Shown here: in pieces, positions 37,901 to 42,897 of the stretch
How the letters are laid out: each line of letters opens with the position of its first letter
Numbering within the stretch: position 1 is the first letter of the stretch
Assembly: GCA_043732705.1 (NCBI GenBank)
Contig: JAYTHE010000029.1
Span: 3,251-67,250, forward strand
Length of the DNA: 64,000 bases
Reading direction: 5' to 3'
From: Candidatus Omnitrophota bacterium
Lineage (GTDB): Bacteria > Omnitrophota > Omnitrophia > Omnitrophales > Aquincolibacteriaceae
The notes under the pieces: model-generated
What the model was told of the DNA's origin: nothing
The model's input: the letters and a program-made list of their open reading frames with translations, nothing else
Database searches by the model: none
Made by a program: the position numbers and the translations under genes

Positions 37901-40900
37901 ACATAATAAATGCGGCGTCCAATAAGATTCGGCGTGTGGAACTGCATCCATTGATCAATGTAGGCTTCCCATTCCTCCGGAGCTAATAATTCTTCGCCCA
38001 GCATTAAGAAAATTGCGTCCGTCACGCGTAAAGATCCAAATTTTTCAGGGGCAGAGATTAATTGCCGGAGCAATTTCTTCTGATCGTCTTTTTTCATCAT
38101 CGCGACCGCGCGCATGACCGGCCAACGAGATTCAAGCGGATATTTCGGCCAATCATCAGCCGCTTTGTCATAAGCCGCTAAAATTGCAGGCAGGTTCTCT
38201 TTGTTGTTTAAGGCTTCGAGCAATTGTGCTTGAATATAAAATGCCGCGTCCGAACTAAGCGCGGCGGCATCCATATTTTCAAGCAAACCCGTTCGCTGAA
38301 TTTCCGCCCACAAGGCAGTTAATTGATCATTGCTCGCGCCAAGGTTCATATCAATCAAACGCGCGGACATGCGGGGTTTAAGATCAGCTTCCGCGATGGA
38401 GTCACCGTCTTTCTTGGCATCCAGATAAACCCAGACCATGGTATTCATTCTTTGCCAATCCGCCGTGGGAGCATCAAGTCCCATCCAAAGCGATTTGTTC
38501 ATATCCCGTAATTCGGAGCGTTGCGCGGACTCGTTTTGCTTCTCTGCAAGCACGCTTTGAATAAACATCGCCATACCAATCGGGCCAATATTCTTTTGGC
38601 TTAATTTTTGATGCTCTCCTGGCCCCCAGCTCTTTTTCGCAAGATCCTTCTCCGTTAAAATCGTGATTTTTATTTTATCTTGCAGATCGTATTTTCTGAG
38701 CGCATCGAAAATTACTTGTTTAAATACTTCCTTGCGATCTTCACGGACAATTCCACCGCCAAGCACAATCTCATCGGGACTACCTTCGCCCGTCCCTTGC
38801 GTCATAAAATAATGGATAGCCAAATTGCTGGCGTATTTATCAGCAAAGTTACGCAAAACTCTGTTGGCAATTTGGCTTTTTCTGTTTCTAAGCAAAGCGG
38901 ACAGATTATCCGCCAGCGGTTGAACTGGCAGTGCTTCTGCCAAGGGTCTAAATTCGCCTTCCCTCAAATCATTCCAGTGATTCCTGTTATTAGTGGCCTG
39001 AGTAATCGCGGAATGGAGCATTCCAGGAATGCCGGTGAAAGCTTCTGAGTCATAAATCGCGTCGCCCGGTCGGCCAAAATTGAAAATACAATGTCCCACC
39101 TCCGTTGGCGCATTCATCGGAATACCGTTAACTAACTCTGCGTTACCAAAACCCGTACCAAGCCAATCCACGCGAACGTGGCCCTTTAATAATTCAGGTT
39201 TAATTGCAGCAAGGGCCCAAGCCACCCCCGAACCAACACCGTCCATGTCATTGCGAATCAATACTTCTCCGTGATTTAACCCTAGTTTTTCCTTTACCCG
39301 CACTGGTAAAATTAGTCCAAAATGCTGAACTTGCCTCATGCTCCATCGTTTTTCAGTAGGAATCTGCCCTAAAGTTTCCATTTGATTTTCGGTTAAGTTC
39401 TTGGCGCCGGGGGTGTCAAGACCAACGCCGTCAAAATTAATCCCTGCCCCCAATACTGCTTTTCTAATTTCGTCTATGTGGTCTGCGATACGCATAGCAA
39501 ACTGTTCGGGCGATTCCGCTATAAATTCGCCTCCCACAGTTTTTAGAACAGTCGGAAGCGTTTGCAAGTCTTCTGGAATCTCTATCATTTTTCCGTTACT
39601 TATCACCGCAAACTTTGCCGAACCACCGCCTAAATCCATCCCGAGAAAATTTCCTTTTACATCCGCTTGTAAAGCAATGCCCAGATCCAACTTCTTTTTC
39701 TCTTTTTCTTGAGGCGTCAGGTCCGATATTTTTTTAAAAGATATTTTTTCACCACCGCCATTTGCGTAATTCTGAACTCCAAACGCCGTTACCGTGTCCT
39801 GCGATAATTCCGTGCTTTGATTCACTCTTGATAAATCGCCCTGAGTTAGCAAATCGGCGATTCTACTTTCTTTTACCAAATCAGGCTCACCTTCAACTCC
39901 GACCGCAATAAATGAAGTGCCATATCGAATCGAAAGGTTGTAGGCCCACGCGGCTATATAACGATAAGCTGATTCTTGAAACGCGGGATCTTGAAGCAAC
40001 GACCGCGACATCGGAATTTGAAGTTTGACACCGCGCGCGATTTGAATCGTCACATTCATTTTGTCAGCCGCCTCTGCAGGCCGATACTGATTAAGCAATC
40101 CAAACCAAGTTAATGCGTCCGTGCTAACTTTTAAAATCGGCTTGATTTCTTCTAACCGCATTTCGGAGCGCAGAGCTGAGCGGATATTCACCGTTACAGT
40201 ATTGGCGTTTGTTGAAAAATCCCAGGTAATCGCATTGCGTCCCTTTTGCCTTGCGCGGGAAAACTCCCACTTGACTGCTTTCGCAAGAGACCGTCTAGAC
40301 TCTGCCATCACTTTACCCTCTAGCAAAAACAGATTGATTTGAATTCCGATTTCACCATTTACGTAAAAAGCTATTGTTTTTATTTCTGAAGTAGCCGTGG
40401 ATTCAATTTTTCGCAGAATTTCACGCAATAGACGCTCTTCCTGCCGAAAAATCTCTTGCCTTGCAGACACCCTGCCTCTAACGTAGAAGAAAAGCGCCCC
40501 GAGCAATCCGGCGGCCATCCATTTCCAATCATGCCGCAGCCAGGCAAAAATTCCCGTCACAGCCAAAAGAGCCGGATAGAAAAACTTATTCGCTCTTATT
40601 TTTGCTACGGCAGCAGAAAATGTTTTCTTCCATTCCACGCGCATTTCGGAACGCTGAGAACGGCTTTTCGCTTTAACCGAGGACGAACTTCTTTGAACGA
40701 AGCGTCGCACCGGAGATGCTTCTTTACGCGATGAATTAAAAGCGCCGCTGCGCGCAGTAAGTACAAGAGTTTGCAATTCAAAACGATGCATCGCCTCGCC
40801 TCCAACGGGGTCGGCGCCATAAGGAGACTCAAGGTTTCGATTCAGAGTGTTAGGAATAGTATGCGCCATCGTTTGCGCGATACCCGGCATGCGGTACGCG

Positions 40901-42540
40901 GCACTTTCCTGCAGCATACTTTTCAAATAAGCCTGATAACCCTTTTCATCGGGACCGGAAATGGCGGGCGTCACAACAACGTAAGTATAACCTTCCTTTT
41001 CAAGCTGTTTGCGCATCGCGTCCGTATGAAATCCGCCGGTCACTACAACCGCGAACTTTGCGGGATTTTTTTTCAAATAATTCTCTGTATTTTGAATCAT
41101 GAGTGTATCGCGATTTTTCGCGCCTTGATAAAAAGCAACTGCTGTTTGAAAAACGCCATCGATCTCTCTCAGATGCACAAATTGAGATCTTTTCGCGGAA
41201 ACAGTTTTTATTTTTTGCAAACGCCTCGCGAGTGCGGACGGCTGGATTTCTGAAACCACAGGGGTCAGTCCCCGCTGCTTCGCATCAAGGACAGACCCCT
41301 CTGCATTATTTTTTCTGATTTTTAAAAAATCGCCGGGAGTGAGTTGTAACGCGAGAAGTTTTTTGAGCAGGCGATAATCTGAAAAAATGGCGAGCATTTC
41401 TTTTTCGCTTTCATTACGCGCCAATTTATCCATGACAAGTTTTTCAATTTGTTCGATTTCAGATGCAAATGCAGCGGGACGAACTTCGCTTTGCAGGATA
41501 AGCAGACCCATAAAACGCATGACATTAGGATAAGTTTTAAAATTAAAATCATGCGGAAAATAACGCAGCATCTCAGCAAATGTATTTTCTGTTTCAGGTT
41601 CGGGTAGTTGAATACTCTCCCCCGCGCTATTCAAAAGTTTTTCAACTTTCTCATAGAGGCCGGAGACCGGAGACCGGAGACCCGGTAAATACCTTTCGGC
41701 TTGCTTTAAAAAAGCCTTTTTCTCCACTTCATATTTTGAAGCATTCCATTCTTTGGAAATTTTTTGAATTTTAAAAAACCGTACTAACATCGGCCAGGGT
41801 AGCTGCCAAGCTGCGTCCGTTAAATCAACTTCCAGGTATTTTTGCGCGTTTTTCTTTAACTCTTCAGTCCAGGCCTCGTAAGAAACCATTCCCAGCTCAT
41901 GCTGTTCAGCTCTTGTAAGAAAACTGCGTAGCGCGGGATCAAAAATAGCCGCGGCCTTTTCCATTTCCCGGTCAAACGAATCTAAAAATTCCTGCGAACC
42001 TTCACGCGCGCGCAGAACGGCTGCAAACTGACGTTGATTGACCCAATACGCAAATTCGTTTTCAATCCCCTGCGCTAAAGCGGCAGGATGGTCTAATAAA
42101 TACAGTTCGGGGCCCTTAATCAAAGCTTGCATGGCAAGCAAATGCGCGGCCTTTTGTGTACGTTCAGGATTACCAGGGAAAAAATTAATGCGCTGCGGAT
42201 CCAGCTTTCCCGCGGCACCTTCCAGCAATACGGGATACGAACCATATTGCGCGGCAAACCGGTCAAGAATTTTTTGAATTTTGACCTGCGCCTCATAATG
42301 TCCATGCGCGGTTTGAAGATGAACAATGATTCCTTTATAACCCGGATGGAGACTATCAATGTGGCCTAATTTAGTGGGCAATGTAAGCGCAAGGCCTTGG
42401 CTGAATTGGGAGAAAGCTGGAATAGAAATTTCAGCCTGCGGTGCAATCACCCCGGCATAAGAGAAATTAGTGGGAATATAAGCGATCAGCGTCACGATCG
42501 CCGTGACACGCCAAAATTTTCCGAGAGACTTTTGAAGCAT
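25963..42540 (-). CDS. Giant 5,525-aa multi-domain, multi-TM protein of unknown function with about 21 recurrent [AVL]-R-S-E-x-R motifs
   Basis: One uninterrupted 16,578-nt ORF with no stop on the minus strand, which is not achievable by chance at this GC. It has an N-terminal hydrophobic signal anchor and at least five clusters of TM helices. Three domains are recognisable: TraB/GumN/Tiki-like at about 40950..42400, ASKHA ATPase (GMDLGGGSAKF ... IVLGGGI) at about 38740..39690, and a divergent alpha-glucan-phosphorylase-like (GT35-like) domain (IYYVSPETWLLAGGLG ... IPVYLLDGG ... TGASEITEMNGAVNGALIMGPAW) at about 36450..37910. A sigma-70-like promoter candidate lies upstream. Confidence 0.8.
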   Translation of the reverse strand: MLQKSLGKFWRVTAIVTLIAYIPTNFSYAGVIAPQAEISIPAFSQFSQGLALTLPTKLGHIDSLHPGYKGIIVHLQTAHGHYEAQVKIQKILDRFAAQYGSYPVLLEGAAGKLDPQRINFFPGNPERTQKAAHLLAMQALIKGPELYLLDHPAALAQGIENEFAYWVNQRQFAAVLRAREGSQEFLDSFDREMEKAAAIFDPALRSFLTRAEQHELGMVSYEAWTEELKKNAQKYLEVDLTDAAWQLPWPMLVRFFKIQKISKEWNASKYEVEKKAFLKQAERYLPGLRSPVSGLYEKVEKLLNSAGESIQLPEPETENTFAEMLRYFPHDFNFKTYPNVMRFMGLLILQSEVRPAAFASEIEQIEKLVMDKLARNESEKEMLAIFSDYRLLKKLLALQLTPGDFLKIRKNNAEGSVLDAKQRGLTPVVSEIQPSALARRLQKIKTVSAKRSQFVHLREIDGVFQTAVAFYQGAKNRDTLMIQNTENYLKKNPAKFAVVVTGGFHTDAMRKQLEKEGYTYVVVTPAISGPDEKGYQAYLKSMLQESAAYRMPGIAQTMAHTIPNTLNRNLESPYGADPVGGEAMHRFELQTLVLTARSGAFNSSRKEASPVRRFVQRSSSSVKAKSRSQRSEMRVEWKKTFSAAVAKIRANKFFYPALLAVTGIFAWLRHDWKWMAAGLLGALFFYVRGRVSARQEIFRQEERLLREILRKIESTATSEIKTIAFYVNGEIGIQINLFLLEGKVMAESRRSLAKAVKWEFSRARQKGRNAITWDFSTNANTVTVNIRSALRSEMRLEEIKPILKVSTDALTWFGLLNQYRPAEAADKMNVTIQIARGVKLQIPMSRSLLQDPAFQESAYRYIAAWAYNLSIRYGTSFIAVGVEGEPDLVKESRIADLLTQGDLSRVNQSTELSQDTVTAFGVQNYANGGGEKISFKKISDLTPQEKEKKKLDLGIALQADVKGNFLGMDLGGGSAKFAVISNGKMIEIPEDLQTLPTVLKTVGGEFIAESPEQFAMRIADHIDEIRKAVLGAGINFDGVGLDTPGAKNLTENQMETLGQIPTEKRWSMRQVQHFGLILPVRVKEKLGLNHGEVLIRNDMDGVGSGVAWALAAIKPELLKGHVRVDWLGTGFGNAELVNGIPMNAPTEVGHCIFNFGRPGDAIYDSEAFTGIPGMLHSAITQATNNRNHWNDLREGEFRPLAEALPVQPLADNLSALLRNRKSQIANRVLRNFADKYASNLAIHYFMTQGTGEGSPDEIVLGGGIVREDRKEVFKQVIFDALRKYDLQDKIKITILTEKDLAKKSWGPGEHQKLSQKNIGPIGMAMFIQSVLAEKQNESAQRSELRDMNKSLWMGLDAPTADWQRMNTMVWVYLDAKKDGDSIAEADLKPRMSARLIDMNLGASNDQLTALWAEIQRTGLLENMDAAALSSDAAFYIQAQLLEALNNKENLPAILAAYDKAADDWPKYPLESRWPVMRAVAMMKKDDQKKLLRQLISAPEKFGSLRVTDAIFLMLGEELLAPEEWEAYIDQWMQFHTPNLIGRRIYYVSPETWLLAGGLGRVGQYHTRAIHKLLAKRGKIVTIEGFYHHKIHADKSTTPIDYEKLETPIKNLKAVYEFEVVVLGTKVKVIVREGRTEDGIPVYLLDGGKYTAALYKYSPDIQDPPFPLPTWKEFSEFFSKASLELIRILEKTKQGENANDYKSPVIWGNDGQTGYLPPEKRKMDKATDILRKAIVWFTTHTFLNRGPVESVDSNGSMDPTSQGVRASHGRNGVAAPHVHEVSRRDPQARMVSVPNGDDLDRSAAFFRKMLLKLYPHPGEVDVWRPTGEQIIAAKKEGIRELNIKYKGIWNAELNPDLPVISYLGRFVHEKSGRERAWTIYNIRQLILSGANVLYEGNVQTIPNKVFEELQKAAAEINTLAEKEEREQGRKFGRVVVRTGFGLEEQVDGLGISHIIVADSNYKTGASEITEMNGAVNGALIMGPAWTEGNIQKIGIVLNPKVAGSGNILIPKDDKPGSYLEVLLNQVNAFHEKPAHFGSYLEVAVKLSRVVNALNPGAQYMREFNAILNRQNNLEPLVGMVKEIRKPIQQGEPLPQKLATWVAEISQLSREEAAKKYGEEKVFGLAGLAVFLAPETLEAFRSWNLPQFSMLENYLKDPVNQLLFGEGSMLRLHRTDHYDTVMFSRSHPKTGRILTPFFYLGIEPWDQQANKVWARNVQNMSSLLAARDDVFYSVGDYSIPGEEKVHFYDKAPSAQDLVYDFRAGIPVTDHFAHDANMHHLGLHAQLLFLEPTARSEIRKVPAALISLAAVGVLYAGYLLLEPLRNPNPAADNMPDTSGAVRRLTKEEEAEFRRQMSEEQSQNKNNTQPAPQPAVLLDSAARSEMRFGYGQGWPWNNASNQQDSSVQNFITTLRMNQLVIDFKGNEIRIPLNVSEVSIDAARNVELTGRSKEIFDILSVIAYRAGLTVVIESPADSKTEERWLILESQPADKIFQEKLKQTIEDHYPKLLYSARSEMRMTMDDLYKLIQGQRGNLDSWKYTSGAVSAQRTLSLGQTYAMLSVYPDGNGWALEMKDAKGEMVWMSWNRENASMPFAFHLRSRNIPGYERADQNPLVAFSYNPDLAKIRITFSDEQEALVREFLGTEVETAHSRHPGQAPLGWQFVFKPVRSELRKLAEELAKLSALDVKGGPVPIYVDRETVPRSRLKLDEAAVFIFKQFGGPQSPEFFEKSLKILNDDGFYIVRGVAMSGEFAARSKKVDQHYGLMAGYASKGFSSQDANLKATSEHIYGAAAIILPADVVLEKYNVTADELAGAWDSLAPPKKDDAGQPVWTVDRRNKIGEGAYVAKMHLKKRGGGEEDVVVINGHYPQMRQTWAEQKTIIVLEIAPLLAPAGTKQKAIADFRIRLGDTNPAKAGKDTLRGMLGQKEGIPYSGKVGYGPNGFHGSADAKDAAIEEKNWFGNLARSESRFLQMGKRTSKFLNVLDGIENEAIGFQSLLKNKGFDASKQPEMLADVRNFLSTMPAKFDELVDEWTLGGTVLKWQIKFFLKTDAQDQPEALKSLESVIHIVTLLKNDANYSYFSKRLRFLGRTSFSLIIRVIAVLIPASIASIFALLMFSPIWLPAFRSWYWDPKIEKVIMDQTRASHLDGKVIQIVTVSNFKFGTMFEGLNLAAFRGQNRQDIVFWVKDRQVIGAQLIDGGLNPLRPLNYDEIHGGVPWMIRSDGTRQDLFLSNAYQGLIDLKAGHLILRTESAPSVAGTVRSEFRQTPRRPAFLSNQEFREQLFNSTESPLTKDEIAVLKGQFPLSGEEFLSVSQLRGKLGKNSSQTIQHIRKTGLNWAKAFFVFQKRRKEGLAYELNDLFFEMARIDRRLAGFAKNQLSDGASPITDMGQLLTKLKAGDLTTDRVGEKSIALMREILEKRGLLKISPQWAAFIAHIESGNKANLVGRIKNTLKLLQIFNWATLEQKIQLLLSGEAIRGVKSQEAIQAAFESARAVRSEVREIVLTAKRTKPIALKKGAPIEMFLVDANDDNFDAVRGTRNEPGLLADLDQLSDEASPMATILSDHEFRLGILNGRVVIFDNVDGHDHDGPTKHLAVSYGLNGENSDIQSAVYGASLDLTPLTVPGFSARVESLTGDHVEIIIEVPDARSEHRLSDGAISGAVADVAENFRPAFRSLLTQMDKILPNHGRIIWSSKEIKNSLPTLVVKVLPGLVFEISVAKNRSKALITAKTSFGLDFKAEETSGATDAQLQTLGVRAMNAVQEHLSAIQSEPLTSKGLGQMQGTPLWTQGSAPKEFIYLERGLAMHDNNPVISFSGANPVSFKMTVSVPEGNFGKDLAENFGRLLTWKYPQYDYQLKSEGSRLNNGRFIWTIEFTRRSEARQRADGEPNPLTMRVAWDPAARSHAIQQQEAHDERRDERNRRFLHAARRNHNMATFKKRGEKTKSRSESRESISYEEVLALVQNATRFKVENVPGTKYKLWKFYGGANGDESLIQLEVFSGKGGPVEFRGVKYFGPSGGFLNAHRNIDLNYESQWGANGGATARISDADLAQRKARLLEAATSKIKARSETREIEFNLDDKLVSEVTDEFFQHVEAAGQGTYKHRGERIFLIDLLAGGARNVNEADPALLKKQAELIQALQAWIILPDDLGYVRNLMKGLLKTRRLIFIVNQTGELSAFREALTQTYAPTGNWGVVVNEQLRNEEVYVLSPEGSPRQRPTDRIAQRQTKPVKVEVSGSKIKFSIPVRSEVRGYGATMLLVSREKLQKKWKLNLVTHLDVRTNLKAHLIGQIRSLPSSTARAKATAAVENILSGTDMFLDFRPARGNPDVMELVKIESGARSVNFSLQNLRVARTRAASQVTISWDQKTEPGDSGRVYFSLYEAKARSESRGKQTVEAGVNHQIIVVEGGQLFYRYRAHFWSEWNIINLGAHAPIFSQAVARLQNASRVEAEMIKSFFDPRVLWIRAFQEKDKILEFILVNAPDPSKKDGRKIIPHEISDEDRAAFKKFVQRYSVPDDASADLEVMRGEGKNSPALFRLFVLRELVPKLLRSEMRFNKRLGISSLVRMLLSVSIAGILGSCAQFTEAVRRSMEHAGPRPMTFTTYGYGNKMRSPFSIPQVKNAPLPTHFGNGQPSSGHVIPPKRSEHRQGHAPWTMRVVTLILAMDLSSAVGAILSRNGMVGSQHSYFSNMGIAFGTAAAFYFLLRDFLIIIFPDLFKLASPSQQNHAIRVIYKRGLITAAIIPVAFFCIHFGVLWNLIHANPFLYLLLSVLAATLIVRLIPSAWLVRGENQTVRGSSTGRQPGNGNVGKNQLTRYAPVTNPFERKKTAAIRQILANVDGAVFPDAVEIVGVLFYQPEEFSESADYWKAVLLARKKVVDVDADETVPGSLADFRKSLQGAHAFGQIAVPTILLDPKAPSPELQELFFPEGSSSSSTVESKAKAWFVIGKNDAESTASNPDSDTAIYSGVEDLLFREAIRQAAENYFRGNPNFKKLEVEMAGEEKNIELKIYYHDGETEANLENTRKLLELLKQKFQNEFTDASLPEIMTGAYIWMRLARSEARVDNNWQQFVNLSRQLGGKAVAWQQSDAVKQKSLKLWIVTVLAAGVTMTLGAWLISLATAMTNISASASSLTGLLGSVLVFIAAVTLIFLKDQTPANIVKAKQAVQLLSKAIDGGRYGIENDSKVAEARVLFAELSRSGKIFAKQIGNKGLETVAYYYLARSEVRSLPKDLTPSPSLGNQARLIYAPRVIRRSEQRPVFGEAQITRQPLQTRVAILPTLVWIMRGIVPRQFLMELATSDAIALIMTWTGAKAFADEIPQPIVGVLAQQAPSKTLAAPQSKFVQNNTQLILDSAYVDLLLEANDAKGLYAVLKDTAGLLILLDMKGGLRDRIRNKLTNLKSGLSVEQKNKAKNWMSALVIVGNQTEVATWAAKPGVAVLLTSNSILKNIRGKIVLELLNAVSAEDYEVLVAMIRDLRQAAALGDIVAAQNYLNQRIQGLQRRPNGGWSVMVVVQALLKAGELIDISA

Positions 42541-42590
42541 GAAACCTTTAAAAGAAAATGTTTTGAAAAAGACTAGGAAAAGGTTCCAAA

Positions 42591-42620
42591 AATATACTCG
42601 TTGAAAGGACTTAAGACAAG
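42591..42620 (-). promoter_or_regulatory. Candidate sigma-70-type promoter for the giant gene (minus strand: -35 TTGTCT, 17 nt, -10 TATATT, about 40 nt upstream of the ATG)
   Basis: Read from the reverse complement of 42591..42620 in an AT-rich 5' region. Confidence 0.3.
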
Positions 42621-42774
42621 AGTGAAAATGAAAAAAAATTTAGAATTAAAACTTAAATCTAGCGGATAAAAAAACTAAGCTTCTATTTGAAAAATAAATC
42701 TCTATACATAAGAATAGAGAGAGATCACTATCAATTTATAGCGCAGAAAAGCACTCCAAATAGAATTGTTCTTA

Positions 42775-42897
42775 AAACCGATCCAAAGGCTTTAGATGCT
42801 AGGCGTAAATGAGTAAGCGAGGGAGACGTATCGAGCGAATACGTTGAGCGAGCATTGCGAATTTACAACAACGCAGATGAAGCCTTTGGATCGGTTT
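42775..42897. repeat. Structured intergenic repeat, family R1, copy D, bounded by a perfect 16-bp inverted repeat (aaaccgatccaaaggc / gcctttggatcggttt). This is MITE-like.
   Basis: The internal 42794..42884 aligns with copy B at 9554..9643. The outer inverted repeat abuts the prs stop codon at 42898. Confidence 0.65.

Noticed and set aside
26780-40655. Possibility that the recurrent GGAGCG / TTCGGAGCG plus-strand motif is a DNA-level repeat (REP, CRISPR-like or recombination site)
   Set aside because: Spacing is irregular (90-2850 nt). There are no conserved spacers or flanks. The variable position is exactly the Ser wobble base and uses all four nucleotides, while the encoded R-S-E is invariant. 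The conservation is therefore at the peptide level. No CRISPR array exists in the window.
26082-41774. About 45 plus-strand ORFs of 60-165 aa in the six-frame track inside 25963..42540
   Set aside because: All lie antisense within the single 16.6-kb minus-strand ORF. They lack RBS, have junk-like low-complexity translations and are statistically expected in a long ORF of this GC. They are treated as artifacts.
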